Shown here: piece after piece, positions 22,444-31,581 of the stretch
Layout of the letters: every line of letters begins with the position of its first letter
Position numbering within the stretch: position 1 is the stretch's first letter
NCBI GenBank assembly: GCA_963744225.1
Contig: CAVUSV010000002.1
Location: 40,402 to 104,401, forward strand
Length of the DNA: 64,000 nucleotides
Reading direction: 5' to 3'
Origin: an uncultured Acidimicrobiaceae bacterium
Lineage (GTDB): Bacteria > Actinomycetota > Acidimicrobiia > Acidimicrobiales > RAAP-2
Notes under the pieces: model-generated
The model's database searches: none
The model's input: the letters and a program-made list of their open reading frames with translations, nothing else
What the model was told of the DNA's origin: nothing
Position numbers and translations under genes: made by a program

Positions 22444-23964
22444 GTGATTGGGGTCGAGCAGGCACAGCCGCTCCCGATGGAGGGCTCGTTGCCACCCGAC
22501 CTCCAGGGCACCTTCTTCCGGGTTGGGCCTGCAAGCTCGACGCCTGACCGGGGACCTCAGGATCTCGGTGCTGGACCCATCGACGACGGCGAGGGCAATG
22601 GGGAGGGCAATGGGGACCAGGTCGCCGTCGCTCGCCGCGGCGCCCTCCATGCGGTCGAGCTCCGCGACGGCAAGGCGGTCTCGTACCTGCGACGTGCATC
22701 AGAGGCCGATGCAGGGGTGTTCTGGCACGCCGGCTCCGTGTTGGCACTACCGGAGGCTGGACTCCCGGCCCAGTACTCCCGGTTGCTCGAACCCGAGACT
22801 TTCGCCGGCGCTCTCACGGTGCCGATCGCGTCCCATGTCCATCGGTTGGCCTCGGACGGCACGCGGGTGTTGTTCGCGGTCGACGAGGGAGCCGGGGGCC
22901 AAGGAAGGAGGGCGAGGGGCGAGCGGCTCGACCAGCATCATCCTCAAGTCGACGGTGAGGGTCAGCTCAATAAGGCTCAGGTTGAGGGTGAGAGTCAGGC
23001 GCGGGCGAGTGAGGTCGAAGGGATCTTCCTGCGCATTGGCGAATGGGACTACTCAGGCGCTTTGAGCGCCACCCTCTCCGTGGAACTCGAACGTGCCACC
23101 TGGCAGCACGACATAGGGGTCACGACGGATCACGTGGTGTTCATCGAGTCGCCGACCACGCCCCTGACGGCGCCGGGCGACAACCCGGTGCCGTTCGGAT
23201 GGGTACCCGGTGCCGAGGGCTGGGTCGGCGTCGTCCCGCGGGGCGGCGGCGGGACCGGCGTCCGGTGGTTCCGGCTCGACCCCTGCCTGGTGACCCATGT
23301 GCTCGGGGCCTACGAGGATCCCGGTGGACCCGACGACGACGACGCCATCGTCGTCGCCGTCTGCCGCTATGCGGTGCCCGAGGTGGGCCAGCCGGTCGAC
23401 CTCTCCGCCTCCGTCGTCGGTCGCGCGGGAGTCGGGCTGACGACCATCGGCGGGAGCCTCGGGGTGCTGGAGCGTTGGCGGATCGTCGGCGAGAACATCG
23501 AGCGGGGTGTCGTCGACGAACGATGCGTCGAGTATCCACGGATCGATGCCCTCTGTGAAGGCACGGCATTCCGGTACGGCTACTGCGTCGAGATGGCACG
23601 GCGCGACGCCACACGGGGTGTGTCGGCCGGTCGCGCCACGGGCGGCCCAGATGGACGGGACGGGGACGCCTCTCCGATCGGCCTGTTGCAGTTCGACTTC
23701 GCGCGCGATTCGGTCGCGGCTTGGACTCCGGGTGACGGGCGAACGCCCAGCGAACCCGTCTTCGTGCGCGCCGACGGCGGCCATGCTGACGACGAGGGCT
23801 GGCTCCTCACGATCGTCGACAACCCCGACCGCGGAGCGAGCGATCTCTACGTCCTCGATGCGTCATCGATGGCACGGCGTGGTCCCGAGGCCATCATCCA
23901 CCTGCCCGAGCGCCTGCCTCCCCGGAGCCACGGGGAGTGGGTCCCCGCCGATCGGTATCGCTGA
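22444..23964 (+). CDS. Carotenoid oxygenase (CCD/RPE65) family protein
   Basis: GSLPPDLQGTFFRVGP and FWHAGSVLALPE. Four candidate iron His are present (ASHVH, WQHD, VTHV, RSHGEW). AGGAG RBS 7-8 nt before GTG 22444. Contains atypical low-complexity inserts. Confidence 0.8.
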   Translation: MIGVEQAQPLPMEGSLPPDLQGTFFRVGPASSTPDRGPQDLGAGPIDDGEGNGEGNGDQVAVARRGALHAVELRDGKAVSYLRRASEADAGVFWHAGSVLALPEAGLPAQYSRLLEPETFAGALTVPIASHVHRLASDGTRVLFAVDEGAGGQGRRARGERLDQHHPQVDGEGQLNKAQVEGESQARASEVEGIFLRIGEWDYSGALSATLSVELERATWQHDIGVTTDHVVFIESPTTPLTAPGDNPVPFGWVPGAEGWVGVVPRGGGGTGVRWFRLDPCLVTHVLGAYEDPGGPDDDDAIVVAVCRYAVPEVGQPVDLSASVVGRAGVGLTTIGGSLGVLERWRIVGENIERGVVDERCVEYPRIDALCEGTAFRYGYCVEMARRDATRGVSAGRATGGPDGRDGDASPIGLLQFDFARDSVAAWTPGDGRTPSEPVFVRADGGHADDEGWLLTIVDNPDRGASDLYVLDASSMARRGPEAIIHLPERLPPRSHGEWVPADRYR

Positions 23965-24024
23965 CATCCGGCGCGGTGAGATTGGCGTCGCAGCCGGACG
24001 TGGGCCGAGACCGTTCATGTTCCG

Positions 24025-25209
24025 ATGACGCCAACTACCCTCCGAGACGGACCCCGTCCGGACAACGTGTCCCGGCGAACCGAGAGCCTGGTCGCCAGCG
24101 TGACCCAACATCATCGAGCGATCTCCGCCCACCAGAGCCAGCTGCTCGCAGCGGTTGTCGAACTCGACCGTCGCAAGGCGTGGCGCGTCGACGGGGCCAC
24201 ATCCATGATCGCGTGGCTGGTCCAACGTTGCGGCGTCACCGCGGCGACGGCCCGGGAATGGGTGACCGCCGCCGCCAAGCTCCAGGCGCTACCCAAGATC
24301 TCCGATGCGCTGTCGCAGGGCAAACTCTCCTTCGACCAGGTGAAACCCCTCGTCGAGGTCGCCAAGCCTGAAACCGACGCCACGTTGGCCGAGCAGGCAA
24401 CCCATTGGTCGGCCAAACAGGTACGCGAGCTCGCGATCGCAGCTCGCGACGAATCGGACAGCCGGGCCACCGGTTTCTATGCCCGGCGGTTCCTCCGTTT
24501 TGACGATCGCCGGCGCAGCCTGACGGGCGTTCTCCCGCAGGACCAGTACGCCGTCGTGAAGAGTTCGCTCGTCGCTCGGGCCAGTCGTCGCCTACGCGAT
24601 CGGACTCCATTCGACCAACGGATGGCCGACGCTCTCGTGGCCGCGTGCAAGGGCGACGGCGACGGCGACGGCGAAAACAACAAGGGCACGGCTGAGGTTC
24701 GAGCCGGCGGCACGCGGCGAAACCGGCCGACCGTCGTCGTCCACGCCGACATGAGCTTCCTGGCCGGAGGCGGCGGCGGCGCCGAGCTCGACGTCCTCGG
24801 TCCTGTCTCCCGAGAAGTCGCCCGTCGCCTGGCCTGCGATGCCAAGGTCATGGTCTCGGCCGATGCTCCGGCGGGACACAGCCTCGAGCTCGGCAGGACC
24901 CGACGGGATCCCAGTGATGCGCAACGGATTGAGATCCGTCGTCGCGACAAGGGATGCCGTTTCCCCGGCTGCACACATACTGAGTTCACGGACGTACACC
25001 ATGTCGTGCACTGGGTCGACAATGGTCCGACCGACCTGTCCAACCTTGTCGAGCTCTGCGACCAGCATCACCGTTGCGTGCACGAGATGGGGTGGAAGAT
25101 GTCCGGGGATGCCAACGTCGAGTTGACCTTCCGGAGCCCAACCGGTCGGTTGTCGACGTCGACGCCCTCACCCGCCTTCACGTCAGCGCGAGACGGACCG
25201 CCTCGTTGA
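24025..25209 (+). CDS. DUF222 domain HNH endonuclease (REP13E12-like family)
   Basis: DUF222-type N-terminal region (LAAVVELDRRKAW...GATSMIAWL) and C-terminal HNH motif (CRFPGC...HHVVHWVDNGPTDLSNLVELCDQHHRCVH). Confidence 0.85.
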   Translation: MTPTTLRDGPRPDNVSRRTESLVASVTQHHRAISAHQSQLLAAVVELDRRKAWRVDGATSMIAWLVQRCGVTAATAREWVTAAAKLQALPKISDALSQGKLSFDQVKPLVEVAKPETDATLAEQATHWSAKQVRELAIAARDESDSRATGFYARRFLRFDDRRRSLTGVLPQDQYAVVKSSLVARASRRLRDRTPFDQRMADALVAACKGDGDGDGENNKGTAEVRAGGTRRNRPTVVVHADMSFLAGGGGGAELDVLGPVSREVARRLACDAKVMVSADAPAGHSLELGRTRRDPSDAQRIEIRRRDKGCRFPGCTHTEFTDVHHVVHWVDNGPTDLSNLVELCDQHHRCVHEMGWKMSGDANVELTFRSPTGRLSTSTPSPAFTSARDGPPR

Positions 25210-26881
25210 TCGCCTCGTGCAGGGCGACGTTCTCGGCACGCCCCGGCACCATCACTCGTACCAGCGCGGGCGCAGACGTTGACGCAGCGAGCGCTGGCTC
25301 CAGCTCGGACAGCGTCGTCACGTCGTAGACGTGGAGGCCGAACCCGCGCGCGACCGCGCCGATGTCGCTTGTCGGCGGGGTTCCGAAGAGCCGCTCGAAC
25401 TGGGTCGGCTCGATTGAGGATGCCTGGGGCAGGAACGAAAAGATCCCTCCCCCACCGTTGTCGACGACCACGAACGTGCCCGGGACGTCCGGCAGGTTGA
25501 CCAGACCTGAGACGTCGTGAAGAAAGGCCAGATCACCCAGTAGCGCAATCGTTCGCCCGGTTCCTGGTCCGGGCCCTGGGCGCCCCTGGGGCGTCGATTC
25601 CGATGCGGCGACGCCCAGCGCCGTCGACACGACGCCGTCGATCCCGTTCGCTCCTCGGTTCGCCAACACCCGCGGCGGGACGGACTCGGTCGTGGCGAAC
25701 CACTCGAGATCACGGATCGGCATGGAGGCCGACACGACGATGGTGGCGCCGGTGGCCCCGGCGTAGCGGTGGACCGCACGGGCCACCTGCGGTTCGTTGA
25801 GACCGGTTCCGAGGACGCCGGCGATGGCCTCTTGCGCCTTCTTCTCCAACGTCTGCCAGGAGACCAGCCATTGCGGTTCGCAGGGTGACGCACCATCGAG
25901 GGCCGCCGTCAGCCAGGGATCCGTTGCGCAGTGATGAAACTCCGTCGCTGCTCGGTTGGGGTCTGCCCAACCTCGCCAGGGGTCAACCACGACGACCCGT
26001 GCCGCTGCCTCCGCGGCTTTCGAGACGTACTCGCCCAGAGCCCGGGAGAGCCACGGGTTTCCGAGAAGCACGATCGAATCCGGCGTTGGTGGATTCGATC
26101 GCACGATCGAATCAGCGGCGGCGATGGTCCCCTCGACCCTGCATCCCGACCGGGGGTCGGCCATGATCGGCCAGCCGAGGCGAGCTGCGAGCTCGATGAG
26201 GCGAGCGCTTTCCGGGGGTCTGGGCGCCTGGCCACCGACGATGAAGATCCCGCGACCGCTGAGTGGCTCCGCCAACTGGGTACAGCTCTGTACGTCCGGG
26301 ATCACGATCTTGGGACCGGAGCGGCGCGGCAGGGTGGCGGGCGTGCCCGTCAGAGGTTCTCGGAAGGCCAGATTGAGATGAACCGGCCCGGGTCCGTGTG
26401 GTCCGAGAAGCGACTCCGCGTACGCCCGAACGGCCAAGGGCCTCCACGTCGCTTGCTGACCCTCCGACGGGACGCCGAGAGTCGCCTCCCAGCGGGTCGC
26501 AGCCGGGAAGAGGCCTGCCTGTTCGATGGTCTGGGGCGCTCCGGTGTGATGAAGCTCTGGCGGACGGTCCGCTGTGCAAACGATCAGTGGGACCCGGCCG
26601 TGGTGCGCCTCGACGACTGCAGGATGCAGTTCGGCTGCCGCGGTGCCGCTTGTCACGCAGATGACGGTCGGCCTCCCTGTGGACATCGCTATCCCCAAGG
26701 CAAAGAAGCCCGCACTGCGCTCGTCAAGGCGGACGTGGGTCCGGAGACGCTCCGCCAGAGGCAGTGCCAGCGGAGTCGACCGCGAACCGGGGCAGATGAC
26801 CGCATCGGTAATCCCGAGTCGCTCCCACTCGTCCACCAAGGTGGCGCAAAACGTGGCCTGTACGCTCACCCGCCGTGCCAC
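25178..26881 (-). CDS. menD: 2-succinyl-5-enolpyruvyl-6-hydroxy-3-cyclohexene-1-carboxylate (SEPHCHC) synthase
   Basis: CPGSRSTPLA, SAGFFALG and ThDP motif GDLAFLHD...NNGGGGIF. GTG at 26881, or GTG at 26869. Confidence 0.9.
   Translation of the reverse strand: MARRVSVQATFCATLVDEWERLGITDAVICPGSRSTPLALPLAERLRTHVRLDERSAGFFALGIAMSTGRPTVICVTSGTAAAELHPAVVEAHHGRVPLIVCTADRPPELHHTGAPQTIEQAGLFPAATRWEATLGVPSEGQQATWRPLAVRAYAESLLGPHGPGPVHLNLAFREPLTGTPATLPRRSGPKIVIPDVQSCTQLAEPLSGRGIFIVGGQAPRPPESARLIELAARLGWPIMADPRSGCRVEGTIAAADSIVRSNPPTPDSIVLLGNPWLSRALGEYVSKAAEAAARVVVVDPWRGWADPNRAATEFHHCATDPWLTAALDGASPCEPQWLVSWQTLEKKAQEAIAGVLGTGLNEPQVARAVHRYAGATGATIVVSASMPIRDLEWFATTESVPPRVLANRGANGIDGVVSTALGVAASESTPQGRPGPGPGTGRTIALLGDLAFLHDVSGLVNLPDVPGTFVVVDNGGGGIFSFLPQASSIEPTQFERLFGTPPTSDIGAVARGFGLHVYDVTTLSELEPALAASTSAPALVRVMVPGRAENVALHEAINEAVRLALT
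26861..26866 (+). promoter_or_regulatory. Predicted -10 hexamer TACGCT, 8 nt upstream of the menH GTG (leaderless); lies inside the menD 5' codons
   Basis: The plus strand reads ctgTACGCTcacccgccGTGcc. Confidence 0.4.
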
Positions 26882-27657
26882 TCCATGCCGAGGTGCGCGG
26901 TTCTGGGCCGCCGATCGTCGTCCTGCACGGTTTCACCCAGACGGGACGGCTGTGGGGACCCTTCGGCGAGCACCTGGCCGAGGCGCACACCCTCGTCGCC
27001 CTGGACCTGCCCGGACACGGTGGCTCCGACTCTGTGCGGGCTGACCTGCCGACCACCGCCGCCCTGGTGGCGGAGACGGTCCGGAAGACCGTCGGCGACG
27101 GCCCCTGCCGCCTGCTCGGTTATTCGCTTGGCGCTCGCGTCGCGCTCCACGTGGCGACGGGGACCGATCTTCCCGTGAGCCAGGCGGTTTTGATCGGTGT
27201 AACCGGCGGAATAGAGGATCCCGCCGAACGTGATCGGCGGCGCGAAGCCGACCGGGACGTCGCCGACGACCTTGAGGCTTCGGGTGACGTCGAACGCTTT
27301 CTCGACGGGTGGCTGCGCGGGCCGTTGTTCCGTCGGCTGGCGCCAGGAGCGGCCGAGCGCTCCGAACGCCTCCGAAACAGCGCGTCGGGCCTCGCCTCGA
27401 GCTTGCGGCTCTGTGGAACCGGCACCCAGGAACCCCTCTGGGAAGACCTCGCGACTCTCCGCTGTCCCGTCCTGGCCGTGGCCGGATCGGACGACACCCG
27501 CTTCGCGGCCCACGCGCTCAGGCTCGCCCGCCTGGCACCGCACACGGTGGCGTCCCTCGTTCCGGGCGGGGGTCACGCCGTGCACCTGTCCCAACCCGAG
27601 CAGGCGTGGCGGATCGTAAGTCACTGGCTCAACGGGGCAACGTCAGACCTCATATGA
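26875..27657 (+). CDS. menH: Alpha/beta hydrolase, probable SHCHC synthase
   Basis: VVLHGFTQTG, nucleophile elbow GYSLGA and C-terminal GGGHAVH. Located inside the men cluster. Confidence 0.65.
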   Translation: MPLHAEVRGSGPPIVVLHGFTQTGRLWGPFGEHLAEAHTLVALDLPGHGGSDSVRADLPTTAALVAETVRKTVGDGPCRLLGYSLGARVALHVATGTDLPVSQAVLIGVTGGIEDPAERDRRREADRDVADDLEASGDVERFLDGWLRGPLFRRLAPGAAERSERLRNSASGLASSLRLCGTGTQEPLWEDLATLRCPVLAVAGSDDTRFAAHALRLARLAPHTVASLVPGGGHAVHLSQPEQAWRIVSHWLNGATSDLI

Positions 27658-28605
27658 GCAGGCCAATGGTCAAAAGTGCTCCGGTGACGATCTGAAGACG
27701 AGCCGTTGTCCCGAGCATCGGGAGCAGCGCCCGGCCGGTGCGGTCGCTGAGCGCCAACCGGACCGGGTCGATGGCGAGGGGCGCCGCCAACAGCGCGAGG
27801 AACGACCACGAGCGGTACGTGACCAGGACTCCGATGGAGAGGGCAACACCCATCATCGTGATCAAGTAGAGCCGGCCTGCGTTTCGCCGCCCAAGACGGA
27901 CCGCCAACGTCTTCTTGCCAGATTCCGCATCGGTGTCGATGTCGCGCAGGTTGTTCGCCTGCAAGAGCGCGGCGGCGAGCAGCCCGATCGGAACGCCGGC
28001 CCAAAGCACGAACCCCCAGTCATAGGAATGGGAAACGTGGTGCCCGCTCAGTGTGATGACGAAGGGCGCATGCTGCACGTACGCCGACCCCGCCGTCGCC
28101 ACCAATCCGAAGAACACGAAGACGAATAACTCACCGAACCCGAGGTACCCGTAGGGCCGTGGACCGCCGGTGTACGCCCAACCCGCGAGTCCACACACGA
28201 GACCCAGCGGGACGAGCCACCAACTGACGCGGGCCGCCAATGCGAGTCCAGCCAGCCCGGCCACACCAAAGGCGATGAGCGCGGCGACCTTGACCTCGCG
28301 CACGGAGGCCAGCCGGCCCGCCACGAGGCGGACGGGTCCGACCCGGCGCTCGTCGGTCCCTCGCACTCCGTCTGCGTAGTCATTGACGTAGTTCGTGCCG
28401 ATCTGGATCCCTAGCGCCACCACCAGGGCAAGGAAGGCGTTCAGCCACGAAAGGTGGCGGCCGAGGTCGATGCACTGCCCCGCATGGCACGCGGTGCCGC
28501 CGCTCGAGAGGTATCCCGCTGCGGTACCGACGGCCACAGGCACAACCGCCGCGGGAAGCGTGCCGGGCGCGCGCCCGCAACCCACAGCTTGAGGGGCGGG
28601 CTCAC
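27650..28605 (-). pseudogene. menA: 1,4-dihydroxy-2-naphthoate polyprenyltransferase, frame broken near the 5' end
   Basis: UbiA-family motif NYVNDYADGVRGTD. The GTG at 28605 overlaps the menB stop (GTGA) and reads [14 protein letters not shown]. The main ORF then continues GTLPAAVVPVAVG in another frame (compare mycobacterial WVSGARPRTLP). 956 nt +1 = 319 codons. Confidence 0.85.
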
Positions 28606-29492
28606 GGACGGCGTGGAAAACGGGAGAAATCGGGCGCGCGGTGCTCCACGAAGGCGTTCCGTCCCTCCTGTCCCTCCTCGGTCATGTAGAAGAGCATCGT
28701 GGCGTCACCGGCGAGCTGCTGCACCCCGGCCAGGCCGTCGTCGGCCGCGTTCATCCCCGCTTTGATCATCCGCAGCGCGATCGGAGAGAGCGTCAGCATC
28801 TGACGGCACCAGGCCACGGTCTCCCGCTCGAGCTCGTCCAGCGGGACCACCGTGTTGACGAGGCCCCACGCAAGTGCCTGTTGGGCGTCGTACTGGCGGC
28901 AGAGGAACCACACCTCCTTGGCCCGCTTGAGCCCGATCGTCCGGGCGAGAATCGACGATCCGTAACCTCCGTCGAAGCTCCCGACCTTGGGCCCGGTCTG
29001 ACCGAACCGAGCGTTATCGGCCGCGATGGTCAGGTCACACACGAGATGCAGAATGTGGCCGCCCCCGATGGCGTAGCCGGCGACCATGGCCACGATCGGC
29101 TTGGGGATGCGCCGCATCAGGATCTGGAGGTCCAGAACATTGAGTCGGCCGATGCCGCGCTCGGCGACCGCATCGTCACCGATGTAGCCGTCGTCGCCCC
29201 GGATCTTCTGGTCCCCGCCCGAGCAGAAGGCGTCCGGCCCCTCCCCGCAGAGGACGATCACGCCAACATCAGGGTCGTCCCGAGCCATCGTGAAGGCCTC
29301 GGTCAGTTCGAAGAGCGTCTGGGGCCGGAAGGCATTCCGGCGCTCGGGGCGGCAGATCATGAGCTTCGCGATTCCGTCGGCGACCTCGTAACGGATGTCG
29401 TGAAACGAGCCCTGCGGCGTCCACTCCGGGAGCGGGAGGGGGCGAAGGTCGTCCAAGGGATCATGGGGTTTTCCGGTGACCACGGTCTGCAC
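28602..29492 (-). CDS. menB: 1,4-dihydroxy-2-naphthoyl-CoA synthase
   Basis: Crotonase fold with [26 protein letters not shown] and GSFDGGYG. Confidence 0.9.
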   Translation of the reverse strand: MQTVVTGKPHDPLDDLRPLPLPEWTPQGSFHDIRYEVADGIAKLMICRPERRNAFRPQTLFELTEAFTMARDDPDVGVIVLCGEGPDAFCSGGDQKIRGDDGYIGDDAVAERGIGRLNVLDLQILMRRIPKPIVAMVAGYAIGGGHILHLVCDLTIAADNARFGQTGPKVGSFDGGYGSSILARTIGLKRAKEVWFLCRQYDAQQALAWGLVNTVVPLDELERETVAWCRQMLTLSPIALRMIKAGMNAADDGLAGVQQLAGDATMLFYMTEEGQEGRNAFVEHRAPDFSRFPRRP

Positions 29493-29499
29493 GGCGCCC

Positions 29500-29506
29500 T
29501 ACGCTA
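29500..29506. promoter_or_regulatory. Shared palindromic -10 element TACGCTA serving divergent menE (+) and menB (-), each start 8 nt away
   Basis: The plus strand has TACGCT (29500-29505), N8, then GTG 29514. The minus strand has TAGCGT (29506-29501), N8, then GTG 29492. The arrangement is symmetric about 29503. Confidence 0.4.
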
Positions 29507-29513
29507 CTGGCCG

Positions 29514-30695
29514 GTGCCTGAGCTCGTCGCCCTCGACCTTCCTGGTGGCATGGGTTTTGTTGACGCACTCCGGGCCATCTGGGACACCGGTGACGCCGCT
29601 GCGCCGCTCGACCCTCGGCTGCCGGTCGCGGCTCGCAACGCGATGCTCGACGCACTTCGGCCGACCCGGATCGTGGGCTCTGACGGAGACCAACACGCAC
29701 TCGCGCGTGGCATCCCGGTCGAGGACGGTGACGCCCTCGTGGTCGCGACGTCCGGCACGTCGGGCCAACCGAAGGGCGTTGTTCTCACGCATGACGCCGT
29801 CGCGGCGTCGGCCTGGGCGACGTCGGCGCGCCTCGACATCGATCCCACCCGGCACTCGTGGCTCGCCTGCTTGCCGCTGGCGCACATCGGAGGACTGTCG
29901 GTGGTGACCCGGTCGATCGTCACGGGAACGCCCCTTTTCGTGATGCCTGGTTTCGAGGCGGAAGCGGTCGAGGCCGAAGGTCGCTCCGGGCGCGTCTCCC
30001 ATGTGGCTCTCGTCACGACGGCGCTGCAAAGATTGGACGCTTCGGTGTTCGAGTGCATCCTCCTCGGCGGTAGCAAGGCGCCCGATGCCCTCCCTCCGAA
30101 CGTCGTGTCCACCTATGGCATGACCGAGACGGGCTCGGGGGTCGTTTACGACGGGCGGCCGCTCGACGGGGTGGAGATTTCGGTGCGATCGGCCGAGGGT
30201 GTGTTCGACCCGGAAGATGACAACGCGACCGAAATAGGCGAGATCCTGATCCGGGCACCCATGCTCTTCCGCTGCTTCCGCGATGGGGATGCCGGGCGGG
30301 TCGAGGGGCCCGACGGCAGGGCGGACTGGTTCCGGACGGGAGACGCCGGCCGTCTCGATCCGGACGGGATCCTTGTCGTGTCCGGCCGCATCGACGACGT
30401 CATCACGACCGGAGCCGAGAAGGTTTGGCCCGATCTCGTGGAGCGCGTCCTGAGTGCACACCCCGATGTCGTGGAGGTGGCGGTCTGGAAACGGGCGGAC
30501 CCGGAATGGGGGGAAAGGGTCGTCGCTTGGATCGTCCCCCGTGACGACGCCCCGTCGCTCGACGAGCTCCGGCAGCTTGTCGCCGACACCATCGCTCCGT
30601 GGGCGGCGCCGAAGGAACTGGTCATTGTCGACGACCTTCCTCGGACGGCGGCGGGCAAGGTCCGGCGGAGAGAGCTCGAGTCGTTCCGCTCCTAA
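29514..30695 (+). CDS. menE: O-succinylbenzoate--CoA ligase
   Basis: AMP-binding motifs TSGTSGQPKGV, YGMTETG, TGD and PRTAAGKVRR. The first 291 codons of ORF 28641..30695 are antisense to menB and are rejected. The GTG 29514 start comes from homology and -10 geometry. Confidence 0.8.
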   Translation: MPELVALDLPGGMGFVDALRAIWDTGDAAAPLDPRLPVAARNAMLDALRPTRIVGSDGDQHALARGIPVEDGDALVVATSGTSGQPKGVVLTHDAVAASAWATSARLDIDPTRHSWLACLPLAHIGGLSVVTRSIVTGTPLFVMPGFEAEAVEAEGRSGRVSHVALVTTALQRLDASVFECILLGGSKAPDALPPNVVSTYGMTETGSGVVYDGRPLDGVEISVRSAEGVFDPEDDNATEIGEILIRAPMLFRCFRDGDAGRVEGPDGRADWFRTGDAGRLDPDGILVVSGRIDDVITTGAEKVWPDLVERVLSAHPDVVEVAVWKRADPEWGERVVAWIVPRDDAPSLDELRQLVADTIAPWAAPKELVIVDDLPRTAAGKVRRRELESFRS

Positions 30696-31581
30696 GCGAG
30701 TCGGCCTTGGATATCACTGGCCAAGTGGGCACTCAGATATTCGAGCTTGTCCGGATTCGTGATCACGCGCACCCCGACGATCACGCCCTCCATGATGTCG
30801 AGTACGAGGGCCGTCACGACGGTCCCGTCCTCTACGAAGACGGTCGCCGGCTGGCCGTTGAGCACCGTCGCGAGGGCGCGCCGTGGCCCTTCTTCGCCAC
30901 GTTGATCAGGAACCGCGAGCTGCGCTGTGGCCCGACGACCGGCCGCATGGCGGCGCGGACCTTGCCGCCTCCGTCGGTCCAGACCACGACGTCGTCGGAG
31001 AGCATGGAGAGCAAGCCCGACAGGTCCCCTGTACCACAGGCAACCAAAAAACGGTCCGTCAGCTCGCGACCGTGGCGGAGGTCGCCATCGAAGCGCTTGC
31101 GGCGCTCCTCGATGCGTTTCCGGGCACGAGATCCGAGCTGACGGCAGGCGGAGGGCGACCGAGCGAGCAACCGGGCTACCTCCTCGAACGAATAGCCGAA
31201 GATGTCGTGCAGCAGGTACGCGGCGCGCTCGAGCGGCGTCAGCTCCTCGAGGAGCACGAGGAAGGCGAGCGACAATGAGTCCGCCTGCTCGGCCGCCGAT
31301 GATTCGTCGATGACCACCGGCTCGGGCAGCCACGGCCCTGTATAGGTCACGCGTTTCGACCGAGCGGAGTCGAGCTGGTCCAGACAAAGCCTCGTCACGA
31401 TCGTCACGAGGTAACGGCGAACAGACTCGACTGGCTCGCCGCGTCGCCCGCACCATCGCACGTAGGCATCCTGGACCACGTCCTCGGCGTCGGCGGCGCT
31501 CCCCAACATTCGGTACGCGATGCCGAACAGAAGTGAACGCCACTCCTCGAACGCAGCCGCGTCACTCTCGGAATCAGGCAA
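30692..31581 (-). pseudogene. ECF sigma factor with fused SnoaL-like C-terminal domain (ECF41/SigJ-like), frame broken once
   Basis: Sigma region 2 (FGIAYRMLGSAADAEDVVQDAYVRW) and region 4 (LTPLERAAYLLHDIFGYSFEEVARLL) lie in ORF 30832..32178. The C-terminal domain end (LNGQPATVFVEDG...ITNPDKL) lies in ORF 30692..31543. The junction is at about 30872-30885; 890 nt +1 = 297 codons. The TTG 31581 start is uncertain. Confidence 0.8.

Noticed and set aside
20885-22447. 520-aa plus-strand ORF
   Set aside because: It is antisense to tyrS and the lipoprotein gene. This is the same high-GC artefact.
24025-25209. The HNH endonuclease as part of a defence island or an integrated mobile element
   Set aside because: It has no partner genes (no methylase, ATPase, integrase or toxin), no flanking repeats, and no compositional break. 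It is flanked on both sides by housekeeping genes.
28641-29513. First 291 codons of ORF 28641..30695, and first 231 codons of ORF 32420..35182
   Set aside because: They are antisense to menB and to the SDR gene respectively. MenE and DUF255 homology start at 29514 and 33113.
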